A stretch of 63,687 nt of DNA, counting the filler, from Octopus bimaculoides (lineage: Eukaryota), in assembly GCF_001194135.2 (NCBI RefSeq). It is 7 parts of 5 records of this genome, joined end to end, with 100 filler letters (N's around TTAATTAATTAA, not from the genome) between each part and the next. Parts side by side here need not be neighbours in the genome. Positions count along the whole stretch, not along the records: positions 1 to 29,114 come from NC_068981.1; positions 29,215 to 46,040 come from NC_068996.1; 5 more parts are not named here. One strand, given 5' to 3'. This document shows positions 25,329 to 39,187 of this stretch, piece by piece. The first letter of the stretch is position 1; every line of letters begins with the position of its first letter. Made by a program: the position numbers and the translations under genes. Below the pieces are notes generated by a model. The model searched no databases. It saw only the letters and a program-made list of their open reading frames with translations, and was not told where the DNA came from.

Positions 25329-25373
25329 GGACCACTGATGAGGTCACAGAAGTGTGACGAAAGAACTCTGGCC
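25329..25373 (+). ncRNA. Minimal type I hammerhead ribozyme, intact core
   Basis: ggaCCA CTGATGA G GTCAC agaagt GTGAC GAAA gaac TC TGG cc. Confidence 0.8.
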
Positions 25374-26334
25374 GAAATAATATTAAGATTAATGTAATAT
25401 AAAGCTGAAGCAAATTAACACCAAATATACAGTGCGTGTGTTTTTATTGGCTAAACTGGCAATATGACCATCCCCAAGTACAACAACNNNNNNNNNNNNN
25501 NNNNNNNNNNNNNNNNNNNNNNNNNNNNNNNNNNNNNNNNNNNNNNNNNNNNNNNNNNNNNNNNNNNNNNNNNNNNNNNNNNNNNNNNNNNNNNNNNNNN
25601 NNNNNNNNNNNNNNNNNNNNNNNNNNNNNNNNNNNNNNNNNNNNNNNNNNNNNNNNNNNNNNNNNNNNNNNNNNNNNNNNNNNNNNNNNNNNNNNNNNNN
25701 NNNNNNNNNNNNNNNNNNNNNNNNNNNNNNNNNNNNNNNNNNNNNNNNNNNNNNNNNNNNNNNNNNNNNNNNNNNNNNNNNNNNNNNNNNNNNNNNNNNN
25801 NNNNNNNNNNNNNNNNNNNNNNNNNNNNNNNNNNNNNNNNNNNNNNNNNNNNNNNNNNNNNNNNNNNNNNNNNNNNNNNNNNNNNNNNNNNNNNNNNNNN
25901 NNNNNNNNNNNNNNNNNNNNNNNNNNNNNNNNNNNNNNNNNNNNNNNNNNNNNNNNNNNNNNNNNNNNNNNNNNNNNNNNNNNNNNNNNNNNNATATATA
26001 CTCACAAATATGTGTGTTAGTCGATAGGATATAGATTACTTTAAGTAAATTAACTTAATGAAAATGAAATTGCACACCATTATATTCGAATATCTGTTCA
26101 AATATGGCGTCAAGTTTGATTAGATATTTCTTTTGAAAAACAAAAATATTTTTCTCGTTCTAAACAGCTCAAATGCTTCCAATCACGGCGCCTTATTTCG
26201 TGAATCTTTGATTACGTATACTCAGTTTCGAGTGCTGAAAAAGTCGTAATCTCTAAAGATCTCAGGTGAGTGAAACGCACATCACTGTATTTCATGAGGT
26301 AAATTCATTAATCTTTTAACTGTAAGTTACGCCT

Positions 26335-26690
26335 GAAGTCAAGGGTCGTTGTTTATCACCATCGATCTCTCTCAATTAACTAATCTGGGCTTTTTTGATT
26401 TCTGTTTTCGTGCATACGGTAGATTTCTTGGCACTATGAGCTTGCAGGAATTGATTTCCCTTGTTGCATAAAAATAAAAAAAATAAGAACAAAAACAAAA
26501 ATTCTGGGTTATGCCATTTGCAATCCACCATAAATTCGTTATAAACATTTTGGGAAATGCAGCGGTGGCTTTGGGAAAAATTTTGGCTTCTCATCTGCAT
26601 CTAACTTTTGCCGAGGTCGTTTGTTATTGTCAAACAATATCCCTTTCTCATCAGCCGTAACGATGCAGTATCAAAGGTGTTAATTTTTAC
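26335..26690 (-). mobile_element. Mariner transposase fragment
   Basis: CIVTADEKGILFDNNKRPRQKLDADEKPKFFPKPPLH resembles the mariner IVTGDEKW..YDN..R motif. Confidence 0.7.
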
Positions 26691-27279
26691 TGTGAGTTAG
26701 CAGCGCTAAACATACCGCTAAATACTGAAATGTATGCTGTCCAGTAAATGCCAATGGAATCCATTTAACATGACATCACTATTAACATCATTTTTCTGAT
26801 ATCACACAAACAACAGGAAATTGTCAAAGGAGATACTGTCACGTCTACAATAATTTGATTAACTGTTGTTTAAGAATTGCTTTTCACCAATTCTCTCAAT
26901 TGGTCTTCATTTATAAGAGATTTGAAGGAGTTGTTTAGAAAGATCCACGATAATAGTGAGACGTAACATTTAGAGAAGCCCTGCAGACCGTAGTTGTACA
27001 CCGTTCATGTGAAAGTAGAACGTGGTGCGACGTTGTTTCTTTGATACGAATTGAATTGTGATTGTGAATTTTGTTGTTGAAAGAAACAAGATTGGAGTGT
27101 GGGTGGTGCATACCTAAGAAATGTTATTGGGGAATGAAGGTACGAATCTCTTGAATAAGAATGAGTATTACTGGACATGACGGTAAGTGGATCATGAGAA
27201 TTTTTAAAAACTGAAGGAACAATGCGTGTATCATAAATTAGGCAGTACTTTGGGGCGCAAAATATATAATTAACTGTCG

Positions 27280-27510
27280 ATCTCAGCACACAAATTATAA
27301 AAGCTACTTACGCACACAAGCACACACGCGTATATATGTGTGTGTAGGTAGAGAATAACAGATACTGCGCGCGCAGATGCGAATTTGTTAAAGACAGGAT
27401 ATCTGGAGTTTCTCGTTTTCGTTCGGTCTACAAACAACAGAATAGAAGTAGGAATGAGAGAGAGCAGAGGGAGGGGGAGAGAGGGAGAGAGAAAGCGAGA
27501 GAGAGAGAGG
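27280..27510 (-). repeat. Unclassified dispersed repeat, copy 2
   Basis: See 15890-16135. Confidence 0.8.
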
Positions 27511-27519
27511 AATTGTGCT

Positions 27520-28872
27520 CTATTCCAGTAGCTCACTCTGTTTCAATTTTCTTTATATTCCCCTTGATGCCTTCTGATACTCTTCCCAAGGAGCCAAAAT
27601 TAATTGGCACTATCTTCACTTTCATTTTCCATAGTCGAACTATTTCGTATTTAAGAGGCCCTCTATCTTTTCACCTTTCTTCTTGACTATTCGTGGGTCA
27701 AAGGAGCATGCAACATCAACTATATAGCATATGTGGTCCATCACCACTAGGCACCTGACCTGTTCGGATTGGGAAATCCCAGAGGATCTTGCTAGTCTCC
27801 GACTCCGCCACTCACGGTGGTTTGTGCTCATACCACGTTTTGCTTCTCGTACCATGTTTTCCAATGTAGCACTTTCGCTACCTGATCGTTTTGGTCAAGT
27901 CTAAGGCATTCGTATGTGTTGTAGACAATGATTTCATCCACTCTATTGCAGATGCGGCACAGTGGAGACACTTCTTCATTCCTAAAATTGACCCTCCAGT
28001 TAGTGGCCAAAGCTTGGTCTTTCACTGCCAGTATAGTGTTCTCGGTCACTTTTTCTTTTTTGGTGTTCCTCTCATCAGCCAATCCCACCTATTTTTCCAG
28101 CAACTTCTGTTGTGCCTGCATGGAATTCATTTTGTAGTCCCCTCTTGCGTAATTCTTCTTCATATCCTTTTTTTCACTTCTTTTGTTTTTCCTTCTTCTC
28201 TGCTTTCAATACTCCCTCGTTCCAAACTGTCACTAGCAGGGTTCCCTTACTTTGGGCTAGGTATCTCATTAAGCTCTCGAGTTCCATTCGTATGCAGTCG
28301 TCCACACTTACCGGGCCCCTTCCTCCATTTGCTCTCTTCATGTACAAGCGATCAGTGTCCGCACGTGAATGATGGGTACCAGGCATCGTTAGAAGCTTTA
28401 GTTCCTTCTCTGTTAACTTCAGGGTTCCAGCGCCATACCGAACTAATACGACTGCGCGCGGGTTTATGCCGAAATTATGCTTCTAGCGTTCCGTTTTGAA
28501 GCCAACACTTATCTAACGCACCGCAGGTACTCTCTTTTTGCCTTTCCATTTATGTCATTCTGTTTGATTCCATCTGCCTCAAGTATTCCCAGGTATTTAT
28601 AGCTGGATTGAGGTGGAATTTCCTTCATCATTTCACCACTTGGCAACCATATGCCTTTTGTTCGGAAAAGCTTTCCTCGTCTCATCACCATCGCAGCACA
28701 TATTGAGAGTCCAAACTCCATCTTAATATCACTGGAGAAAATTCGCATAGACTGGACTAGGCTGTCCAGTTCTGCCTCAGTTTTTGTGAATAGCTTCAGG
28801 TCGTCCATGAACAGCAAATGATTCAGTTTCCCCCTTAGCTCTTCCCACTCAAGCGGACCATTCCCAGCACGA
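27520..28872 (-). mobile_element. R4/Dong-like LINE fragment (RT end, CCHC, RLE), third subfamily
   Basis: LNHLLFMDDLKLF...YKYLGILE, RLYMKRANGGRG, AVKDQALATNW...CRICNRVDEII, CYIVDVACSFDPRIVKK, RLWKMKVKIVPINFGSLG. Confidence 0.9.
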
Positions 28873-28883
28873 AGTATTATTAC

Positions 28884-28950
<67 letters not shown>

Positions 28951-29114
28951 GTTCAGTAGTTTTATTTTTATAACGTGCTTTCACTTCACTACCGAGCGCA
29001 GCTCTGTGCGCCTTGGGTATGTGCTGTGGTTTGCTGTGGTGCTCTTATGGTTACTGTATTGAAAGTGTTTTGCGTAGGATGTGTGATGTGCCCAGTATTG
29101 CAATTTTCTGTATG
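28951..29114 (-). mobile_element. R4/Dong-like LINE extreme 3' end with (AAT)n tail
   Basis: Reverse complement of the 20330-20490 sequence; tail is (TAT)n at 28874-28950. Confidence 0.95.
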
Positions 29115-29236
29115 NNNNNNNNNNNNNNNNNNNNNNNNNNNNNNNNNNNNNNNNNNNNTTAATTAATTAANNNNNNNNNNNNNNNNNNNNNNNNNNNNNN
29201 NNNNNNNNNNNNNNTTGTTGTTGTTGTTGATGATGA

Positions 29237-29340
<104 letters not shown>

Positions 29341-30323
29341 AAAAATTCAGAGAGATTCAGAAAAAGTATTTGACATCTCAAGAGATTATTGTTTATGTAT
29401 ATATAAAGAAGACCACTGGGTGGAGTGTTAATGTGCTAGAAGAAGATCACATGTAATGTGTCTACTAAGACTTAATTGTTCTCAGAAACAAGATATTTTC
29501 GTTAAGAGAATGTTGATTTTGAAACTATAGTACAAAATAATTTATACTTATGTAATTGTCTTGCCCGCATACATTTTTGGTATTTCGCTGAATTTCATTT
29601 CAGAACAATTAAGTCTTAGTAGACACATTACATGTGATCTTCTTCTAGCACATTAACACTCCACCCAGTGGTCTTCTTTATATATACATAAACAATAATC
29701 TCTTGAGATGTCAAATACTTTTTCTGAATCTCTCTGATTTTTTTAATGTGCTGTTTTCCTGGTAATAAATCGATATTAATTAATATCCAATGTTTTACCC
29801 TACTGTTTTAATTTGATTAACCATGACAAAGTTCTCAAAGCGGATATATGCGATGCAGTAACCATTTTCTGCAGATATATTTCCGGAATTAGCGCGCCAA
29901 AACGAAAACTTTTGAATTTTACCATTATGTGTAATTAGCAGAACGACATGCGCGTTCGCCATTAAGGGAACAACTTGTATCGGATTCTGAGAATTATATT
30001 TACCTAACAGTTCGTTCTGACGAGAAACAGATATTTTCGGTAAGAGTACACGATAATTTATATTTATGTAATTTTCATTGTCTTGCCCGCATACGTTTTG
30101 GTATTTCGCTGAATTTCCTTTGAGAACAATTAAGTCTTAGTAGACACATTACATGTGATCTTCTTCTAGCACATTAACAGTCCACCCAGTGTTCTTCTTA
30201 ATATATACATATGCAATAATCCCTTGAAATCTCAGATATTTTTTCTGAATCTCTCTGATTCTTTCAATGTGCTCGGTTCCTGGTAAAAATCGATATTAAT
30301 TAATATCCAATTTTGTACCCTAC

Positions 30324-30330
<7 letters not shown>
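29341..30330. repeat. 142-bp near-perfect inverted repeat plus ~520-bp diverged tandem unit
   Basis: 29341-29482 = reverse complement of 29602-29743 (1 mismatch); 29540-29815 recurs at 30056-30330. Confidence 0.9.
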
Positions 30331-30357
<27 letters not shown>

Positions 30358-31979
30358 NNNNNNNNNNNNNNNNNNNNNNNNNNNNNNNNNNNNNNNNNNN
30401 NNNNNNNNNNNNNNNNNNNNNNNNNNNNNNNNNNNNNNTATATATACACACACACATATATATATGTGTGTGTGTGTGTGCGTGCCTCCGTGTGTGTTGG
30501 TGTGTGTGGGGTGTTTGTATAGTCAGGTCACTTGTGAGGTCACTCATAACTGTTGCTGGTATGTTTGGGTCGTCGTCAACGAAGCCACCACATTTACTAG
30601 CCTTGCCTGGGGAGAACGTTTTTAGAAACCCAGCAGGACTGAAAACAAAACCTGTTAAAAGGAGAGATATAATTAGTGAAGGTTCAACGACTATATCTAG
30701 CAATAACATGGGGCCTCAGAAATTCCAGATTGGTGTCCGATATGCTGGAAGACCACTGGGAATGAGGCACCTCTGAGCATTTGTTAAAGCACGTCTCTTG
30801 GAGAAGGTTACTCTGATAATACCAGATATGCAGGGAATGGCACTGAAAATTTTGGGGATCTTTTGCACTTCCGCATTCCTGAGCTTGTGATACATATCGG
30901 CACTAGATATCTTGCTCTGGCTTTCTCTGGAATATGCCAGTAGGATCGAGAGGGTATGTGAGGTATTTGTGATACATGCCGCAGTTAGGAAATACTAATA
31001 GTGACAAAAAAAAAACTAGAGAAGAAGAATTATATGGTATATGCCGTTTTCTAGCCCAAACAAAGAAAGGAAAACGTTTTACTGGACAAACATTTCCATA
31101 AAAACCATAAGTTTCACGAGATTTGTAATAGGTTTGACTTAAAAATCAGTTATAGCTGGAAGAACTATATCGCCTCTTCTTCAGCTAGAATTAATAGAAA
31201 AAGCTACTTTTCCTTAACTAATGAACTCTCACTCCAACGCAACTATCTCAATAAAAGTACATACTTCTATAAACGGCAAATGCCTTCAATGATTATCATT
31301 TACTGAAGTGTCAACTATCAATAACAGCAATAATACGGTTTTGAATCAAATGATACTCAACATTTATATACTTTCAGACATGAAGATAAAGGTCTGCAGC
31401 AACGCTTCCAAAGAATATTCGGAGAGTAAATAGCAAAAAGAAACCAACTACAACATTAACTGTTTCATTATAGAAGCAGTTCCAGCACATTTCATCGGTA
31501 ACAAGTGCCAACTCTACTCAGCAGAAAGGTTTAACATTATGACTCAGATTCTTAAATTCCAAATCACAATTGATAACCTCATGTTTCCATCAAAAGAAAT
31601 ACCTTCTGAAATTCGTTAAGCTGCCAACTGGGTAACACATGGTATGCTCCGAAACATCTCGAAATACTTACACCTCTGAATGTTGCCTTATCGATTCTCT
31701 GCACGAGTTATTTTATTCTTTTACAAGTAGCCGCCTATACAGAATTCACCCTTAAACATTTGTTTGAAATCACACTGCCTTGCAGTTTCTCCTCTTCACT
31801 ACGCAGTTTGTACATTGCAGCCTTAGACCCCAATGCAGCCACAGTTCAATGCAGTTTGAGAAATTGTACATCGTTTTCTCCTGGACTTTATAATATGACT
31901 TATACGAACATTGATTGCAGCAACAGGAAATGGTTCTCATGGCTTCCGATCTTAACTGACTAGAAGTGGTATCATGTAC

Positions 31980-32395
31980 ATGCTTTGTCTTAATATTAAA
32001 ATTGGGCTACTGCAAATATTCACATTTGCCTGTCAGTTGCTTGACTTTAACCAGTTGAGCATGTCCATTAATGGCTGACGTTATGTGCATCTCTGTCCGC
32101 GAGCATAATTAGTGGAAATGCATCATAGCCATGTGTTGAGAAGAATTCTTTGGGCTTTGACAAATTCACCTTTGGAAACATGGATATTTTTCAGGGACAT
32201 TTGAGGGGGTTGGGCTGTTCGGCCAGAAGAAAATTCTAGCTGAGCCACACCTAAAAGGTCATGTGCTGTTTATCTTGATATGAACTCACCATATCGCGTA
32301 CATATGGTTGTGATGAACGTGCTTAGTGTACCCTTATCAAGCTGGTAGTTATAACTGGTATATTGGGCTTCGTATAATTTTACACACAACGCATG
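31980..32395. repeat. Probable dispersed non-coding repeat (retroelement UTR-like)
   Basis: Recognised by eye as resembling an abundant octopus repeat; ends at (AAT)n; single copy in this window. Confidence 0.35.
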
Positions 32396-32480
32396 CAAGA
32401 CTCCAGGTGAAAATAATAATAATAATAATATTAATAATAATAATAATAATAATAATAACAACAACAACAACAACAACAAC

Positions 32481-32556
<76 letters not shown>

Positions 32557-33149
32557 NNNNNNNNNNNNNNNNNNNNNNNNNNNNNNNNNNNNNNNNNNNN
32601 NNNNNNNNNNNNNNNNNNNNNNNNNNNNNNNNNNNNNNNNNNNNNNNNNNNNNNNNNNNNNNNNNNNNNNNNNNNNNNNNNNNNNNNNNNNNNNNNNNNN
32701 NNNNNNNNNNNNNNNNNNNNNNNNNNNNNNNNNNNNNNNNNNNNNNNNNNNNNNNNNNNNNNNNNNNNNNNNNNNNNNNNNNNNNNNNNNNNNNNNNNNN
32801 NNNNNNNNNNNNNNNNNNNNNNNNNNNNNNNNNNNNNNNNNNNNNNNNNNNNNNNNNNNNNNNNNNNNNNNNNNNNNNNNNNNNNNNNNNNNNNNNNNNN
32901 NNNNNNNNNNNNNNNNNNNNNNNNNNNNNNNNNNNNNNNNNNNNNNNNNNNNNNNNNNNNNNNNNNNNNNNNNNNNNNNNNNNNNNNNNNNNNNNNNNNN
33001 NNNNNNNNNNNNNNNNNNNNNNNNNNNNNNNNNNNNNNNNNNNNNNNNNNNNNNNNNNNNNNNNNNNNNNNNNNNNNNNNNNNNNNNNNNNNNNNNNNNN
33101 NNNNNNNNNNNNNNNNNNNNNNNNNNNNNNNNNNNNNNNNNNNNNNNNN

Positions 33150-35420
33150 ATATCCTGCTTAACAACAATGTATAAGACGCTAACATCTGTCCTAACTGAG
33201 TATACCTATAGTTTTTTTAATAGAAAGTAACATATTCCCTAATGAGCAAAAGGGATGTAAACGTGGATCTTATGGTTGTAAAGATCAGCTACTCATCAAT
33301 AAGATGATCTTAGAAGATTGTCACAAGCGACACAAAGACTTGTCAATAGCCTGGATAGACTATAAAAAGGCCTTTGATAGCCTACCACATAGCTGGGTTA
33401 GGAAATGTCTGGAAATGTATATAATAGCTCCTACTCTGCGAAACTTTTTATCTGTAAGTATGAGATCATGGAGAACCACACTGACTTTGAACAAATGCTG
33501 GAGGTGTAAGAATTTTATGTGGTATTTTCCAAAGTAACACACCACTCCCCTTTTGTCTTGCCTTAATACCTTTCTTGAAATTGCTCAATGGTGTACACTA
33601 CGAGTATAAAATGTTTGATAAAAATATAAATCATCTCATTTACATGAATGATTTAAAGCTCTTTGCAAAAAATGACCAACAACTCAAAGGCCTACTAGCG
33701 ATTGTTAAACAATTCAGTGATGACATCAGGATGTAATTTAGCCTCGGTAAATGTGCAAATGCTACCTTTATCAAAGGAAAAATGACAGAAACATCTAACG
33801 TTAAACTTCACCAGCAGAATGTCATAAAAGAGTTAGAACCAGCGGAGAGCTACAAATACCTAGTGGTATTTGAAGGGGACAGAATCCAATATTCAGTGAA
33901 GAGGTAAAGGGTCAGAAGAGAATGTTATCGCAAGGTGAGAGCAATACTCACGGCAGAGCTGAGTGCAAGAAACAGGGTCAAAGTGATCAATACTTTAGCC
34001 ATACCAGTCGTGACTTACAGTTTCAATATCATTAATTGGTCAATTACTGTAATACGTAATCTTGACAGAAAAATATGAAAATTCTTGACAATGCATAGAA
34101 TGCACCACCCTAAGGCAGATATAGAACGTCTTTATCTGCCAAGATGAGAGGGTGGCCGTGAACTTTTACAACTGGAATTAACAATGAAGATTTCCGCAAT
34201 TAGCCTAGACGCCTATCTGAAAAACTCAGAGGACTAGATGCTAAAACTTGCCTCAAAACATGAAAAAATGAAAGCATCTTACTCAGTAACATAACAAGCA
34301 ATGGAATATATAATGTGAATTCGAAATACAACAAATTCCAGAATTAGACGTACTAGAAACAAACACAGAAAAAGGTAAGCATATGAAAACCCGTGCTAAA
34401 ACTGCTGCCTTAGATATGCTTACTGATATATGGCAAGAAAAACCTCTCAGTTGCAAGTACCCAAAGAGAGCTAATAATGCCAACACTGACAAAGCCCTTA
34501 CCCATCAATAGTTAGTGTCTTTACATATAAACAGAAGGGTTTATCATAGCAGCCCAAGATCAATGCCTACCTACAAGACATTACCAGGCCAAGATATTAA
34601 TAAACAGCAGCTTCCTAACATGTCGTGTATGTCAACAGGTAAATGTGGCCATTGATCATATTGCCTCTATGGCATTTTTCTTGCGCCTACAGAGTATTCA
34701 ACAGGCATGATAGAAGAGCCCAAAATATTCAATGGGTAATTTCCAAAAACCTGGACTTGCTCCACGATAAAATCTGGTGAGAACACAATCCACCTTCAGT
34801 GCTTGAAAATGATCACACATCTCTCCTTTGGCATTCAGTAATTGAGCAGTTAATGATATTGAAACTGTAAGTCACGACTAGCATTCAAACTGACAGATAG
34901 ATAGATACAAATAGGCCAGACATCATATTGAAAGACTTCAGACAAAAATCATGTCTCCTCATTGATATGACTGTCCCAATCGATATAAACGTATCTGTCA
35001 AGACCTACCAAAAACTGAGCAAATATAAAGATCTTGAAATAGAAATTAGCAAAATGTGGAACCCCACGACTAAAACAATACATGTCGTCATAGGTGCCCT
35101 AGGAATGATAGCAAAAGGGGATGATTGCTACCTAGTTCAGATACCGGAAACTCCAAAATTGCAGAAATTCAATAGATAGTGCTCATGGTAACTGCCCATA
35201 TCCTACGCAAAATACTTTCTATGTGATCTCAAATTTTAAAACAAACACATAATTTTCTTATGGTTTCTTAAACATTCTCTAGAACAACACTATGTACAAA
35301 TCCAAATATATGGTACCCTAGGCATAACACCAACTTGAACTTCTAAATTATTGTCTCTTGAGGTCTCTGGGTGAGACTTGGATCCAATTTGTACAAATGC
35401 AAAACAAAAGTCAAACATAT
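33150..35420 (+). mobile_element. R4/Dong-like LINE, ~2.3-kb 5'-truncated pseudogene (RT, CCHC, RLE, UTR)
   Basis: [28 protein letters not shown]...[48 protein letters not shown]...LIDMTVPID...KYKDLEIEISKMWN; ends in (AAT)n. Confidence 0.95.
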
Positions 35421-36045
35421 AATAATAATAATAATAATAATTATTATTATTATTATTATATGTTTGACAATTACATAAGTATAAATTATTTTGTACTATA
35501 GTTTCAAAATCAACATTCTCTTACCGAAAATATCTTGTTTCTGAGAACAATTAAGTNNNNNNNNNNNNNNNNNNNNNNNNNNNNNNNNNNNNNNNNNNNN
35601 NNNNNNNNNNNNNNNNNNNNNNNNNNTATATATATAGATGTACATATATATATGTATGATCCGTATAGTCGTATGAGATATGGATTTAGTGGATCATGCG
35701 AATATGTTAGTTATCTCTTCCTGCGGACTCCACTGTCTTCTATCCCTGGAGTAATCAAACAAGTATAATGTAGTGTCCATGTAACTGAAAATTCAGAATA
35801 TCCGACCCGTAAAATTATTCTGTGAGGAAATTTGAGACAAATGAGGGATGTATTTACGTATTCATGTCAAGAATATTTATTTAGCTCCACGACTTCCATA
35901 CTATTATAACTATTACGCACTTTCTTCATGTAATATTAATTGCAGTATATAACACATTATAGATATAAATTCATATGTACTTTCATACATACACACACAC
36001 ACACATACATATGCACGCATTCATTTGTGTATATTTAGATGTGTG

Positions 36046-36095
<50 letters not shown>

Positions 36096-36328
36096 GTCCA
36101 TGTTGTGTACATGTGTATGTGTGTGTGGTCCGTGTTGTGTACATATGTATGTGGTGTTATCACCTACCTACTTATTTTCATGCAGATGGCGTCTCTGAAT
36201 TTCTTTAATCTCCGAATATTTTGTTGCATATGTATTTATGTGGAGAATATTTATATCGGTATGGTCATCACGTAACACGTTAGCTCTAGTTTAAAGTTGC
36301 TCAGTTTTGTATGCTTTCCAATGCTATG

Positions 36329-37418
36329 CACGAAGCTCGGCCGAAAAGTTCATAGGCTGACCAAATGGAATGGGACCAAATAAGGTTTATTTTTCAAAAT
36401 AATTTCCCTTGAGTTTCACAAATTTCTTCCATCGGTGCTGCAGTTCTTGGATCATATTGGTGAAGAAGCATTCAACTTGTTGCTCAAAAAGTCATCAACA
36501 GCAGATATGACGTTATAATCACTGCGTTACTGCTTCCCAATCAAGTGGGTTATTCACATTGGAGAACAGGTGGTAGTCAGGTGTCATGAAATCAGGAGAA
36601 TGGGGGTGGGGATGATCAGCCAACTCAAAGGCACAGTCACGCACAACAGCCATTGGATTCTGGGACATGTGTGCTGGAGCATTGTCCTGATGAAAAAAGA
36701 CTCCTTCCGACGGTGTTTCTAGACATTTGGTCTTGATGGACTTCTGTGATTGTCTCAGCAAGTTGGCACAGTACCATTCATTGCTGGTGTGGCCCTTTTG
36801 AAGATAGTTAACAAACACGATGCTTCCTGCATCCCAAATATCTGAGGATTACCTGGTGCGCTTTTGATCAAGTGTCAGAAGACGTGTCACCTACCGAGCA
36901 GAAACCTCCTTCGTAACGCAAAGTTCAATGTACAGGATATTCTCAACTTTCTCATATATAGACTACAGGATATGTTAATAGCATTCACTGTCGTCAATTG
37001 CGTATCATCTATTATCATGTGATAAACCATGATCAATCTTTTCCTCAGTGGTGGCAGGTGCAGGACGTCCAAACATTGGATCATCTTCAAGAGTAAATTC
37101 AACTACCCACTTTTAGCGCTGTTGATAAACCTGGAGTGTCATCCGCTAATATAACATTCATGTCAACGTGAACGTCGTTGAGGGCTAAAGCACTTTTCTG
37201 CAGGTACTTGACAACACTTTGATGCCAAATTTTGGTCCGTTTGAAGGGAAATCGCTACTAGTGACATATGAAATCTTTCAAAAGCCAGATTTTAGCTTAC
37301 CATGAAAGAAACACTGCCTTTATTAATAAGAAGGGTTGAAATTAATACCTGCAAGGTTTCATAGCTCTGGCATCTCTTTTTCATAGTCAGCCTATGGCGT
37401 TTTCAGTTCTCCCACGTG
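36329..37418 (-). mobile_element. Mariner element, internally deleted, both TIRs degenerate
   Basis: FFHQDNAPAHM...HPHPHSPDFMTPDYHLF (DD34D region); cataggctgac motif at 36354 mirrored at 37385-37395. Confidence 0.88.
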
Positions 37419-37983
37419 ACTTAAACATTCAAAACTAAAAGTTGTTGCAACTGAATAACTTAACCTATAATATTCTCTTAATTTATGGAACATTCAGATA
37501 CTTTTAAATGTGAAACTGTATTCAGATATCGCTGCCTTTGCATTAGAATTTGATATACACACTTTCCCATAATAAAGTAGTCTAATATATAGAATCATTT
37601 AGCTAATGGTGACATACTGAAAAGCTAATGTGAAAAAATATGCTGGAATGAAAAAAAAAACAATATTAGTAAATTGTTAATATTAGTTCAGTTAATCACG
37701 CTTGATAATATAATTTATGACTCAGTAAAACTGGTTGAACCGTTCCTTGTCACATCGTTGCTTACAGAAGTTCCAAGTGAGTGTCTCTGAGGTGTGAATA
37801 TTCAGGTGTTTTGTTCTTTTTATAGTAAGAAGACAGCAAATGACTAAGCAGCGAAAATAGCTTGTATATATTCCATAATTTTTCCTATTTTTCATTATAA
37901 TCGCAGACAAACGTATGTTAAGGAATGAAGTTAGGAATTAAACAATGTGTGCGTGCGTGTCCGTGTGCCTGTGTGTGTGTCCG

Positions 37984-38015
<32 letters not shown>

Positions 38016-38578
38016 AGTTCACAAACATTCTCACGCACACACAAATATACACGCATATACTTTACCGAAAACGTTATCTTTAAAGAAACTGCACTTGTTT
38101 TGGCACTGAAGTTTTGTCTTTAGTGGGAAACTAGTGTATGCTCTGGTTTTGTTAGAATGTGGGTCTGCTATGTTTAGAAACATTCCAGTAATGGTAACCC
38201 CACTATCATTTTTGTATAACTAAGTCTAAATTATCAAATGTCTTGGAAGAGTATGTGTGTGCAGTTTAAGTCCTGTTTTCTCGCAAAATAGCGCTTGTTC
38301 TTTGGTATAAAAATCATTAGAATGGATTTCTTTACTTTAGCATGTGCATGTTTGGTGTAATTTAGATTATAGTGATTATGTCTAGCAGTTTCAGTGGACG
38401 CATTCAAAGAAGAAACAAGAAAGTGTTCAGTATTCTTATTCTTTTATATATTATTTTATCAATTAGGAAACTATCACTTTTGGTTGAGATTAGGTCGCTA
38501 TTTGTTGTAGGACGAGTTCCTACAAATCGCATACAAAAGCGACAATTATATGTGTTCGTTGGTGCGTATGTAATTTAA

Positions 38579-38634
<56 letters not shown>

Positions 38635-39122
38635 NNNNNNNNNNNNNNNNNNNNNNNNNNNNNNNNNNNNNNNNNNNNNNNNNNNNNNNNNNNNNNNNNN
38701 NNNNNNNNNNNNNNNNNNNNNNNNNNNNNNNNNNNNNNNNNNNNNNNNNNNNNNNNNNNNNNNNNNNNNNNNNNNNNNNNNNNNNNNNNNNNNNNNNNNN
38801 NNNNNNNNNNNNNNNNNNNNNNNNNNNNNNNNNNNNNNNNNNNNNNNNNNNNNNNNNNNNNNNNNNNNTAGAGACTGTTTTAAAAATCTATGATAAAGTG
38901 ATTTTTTTTATTTTTTATTGAGCTAACTTTTTAGAAAACCTTTTTATAGCAAACTGAAAGTTGCCGGTTTACATTTCATATATTGCAATGTCTCTAGAAT
39001 GATCTCCTTGATAGGTTTATGCGTGCACGTTTGGCAATCAGAAATGTGAGTTTATCGGTGACATTGGGAAGCAATTAGAATGTTAAGTATGCTGGTAAAA
39101 TAAAATTGTAGTTTTAAGTAAA

Positions 39123-39137
39123 GGAGAGAAGGATGGA

Positions 39138-39187
<50 letters not shown>

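Noticed and set aside
30520-30776. Overlapping plus and minus ORFs after a possible AG acceptor
   Set aside because: No recognisable domain, no donor site or neighbouring exons; the longer minus frame is closed by a stop near 30810
31366-31435. Possible 48-bp exon (tttcag ACATGAAG...GGAGA gtaaat)
   Set aside because: Splice-like signals of this quality are common by chance and no supporting exons were found
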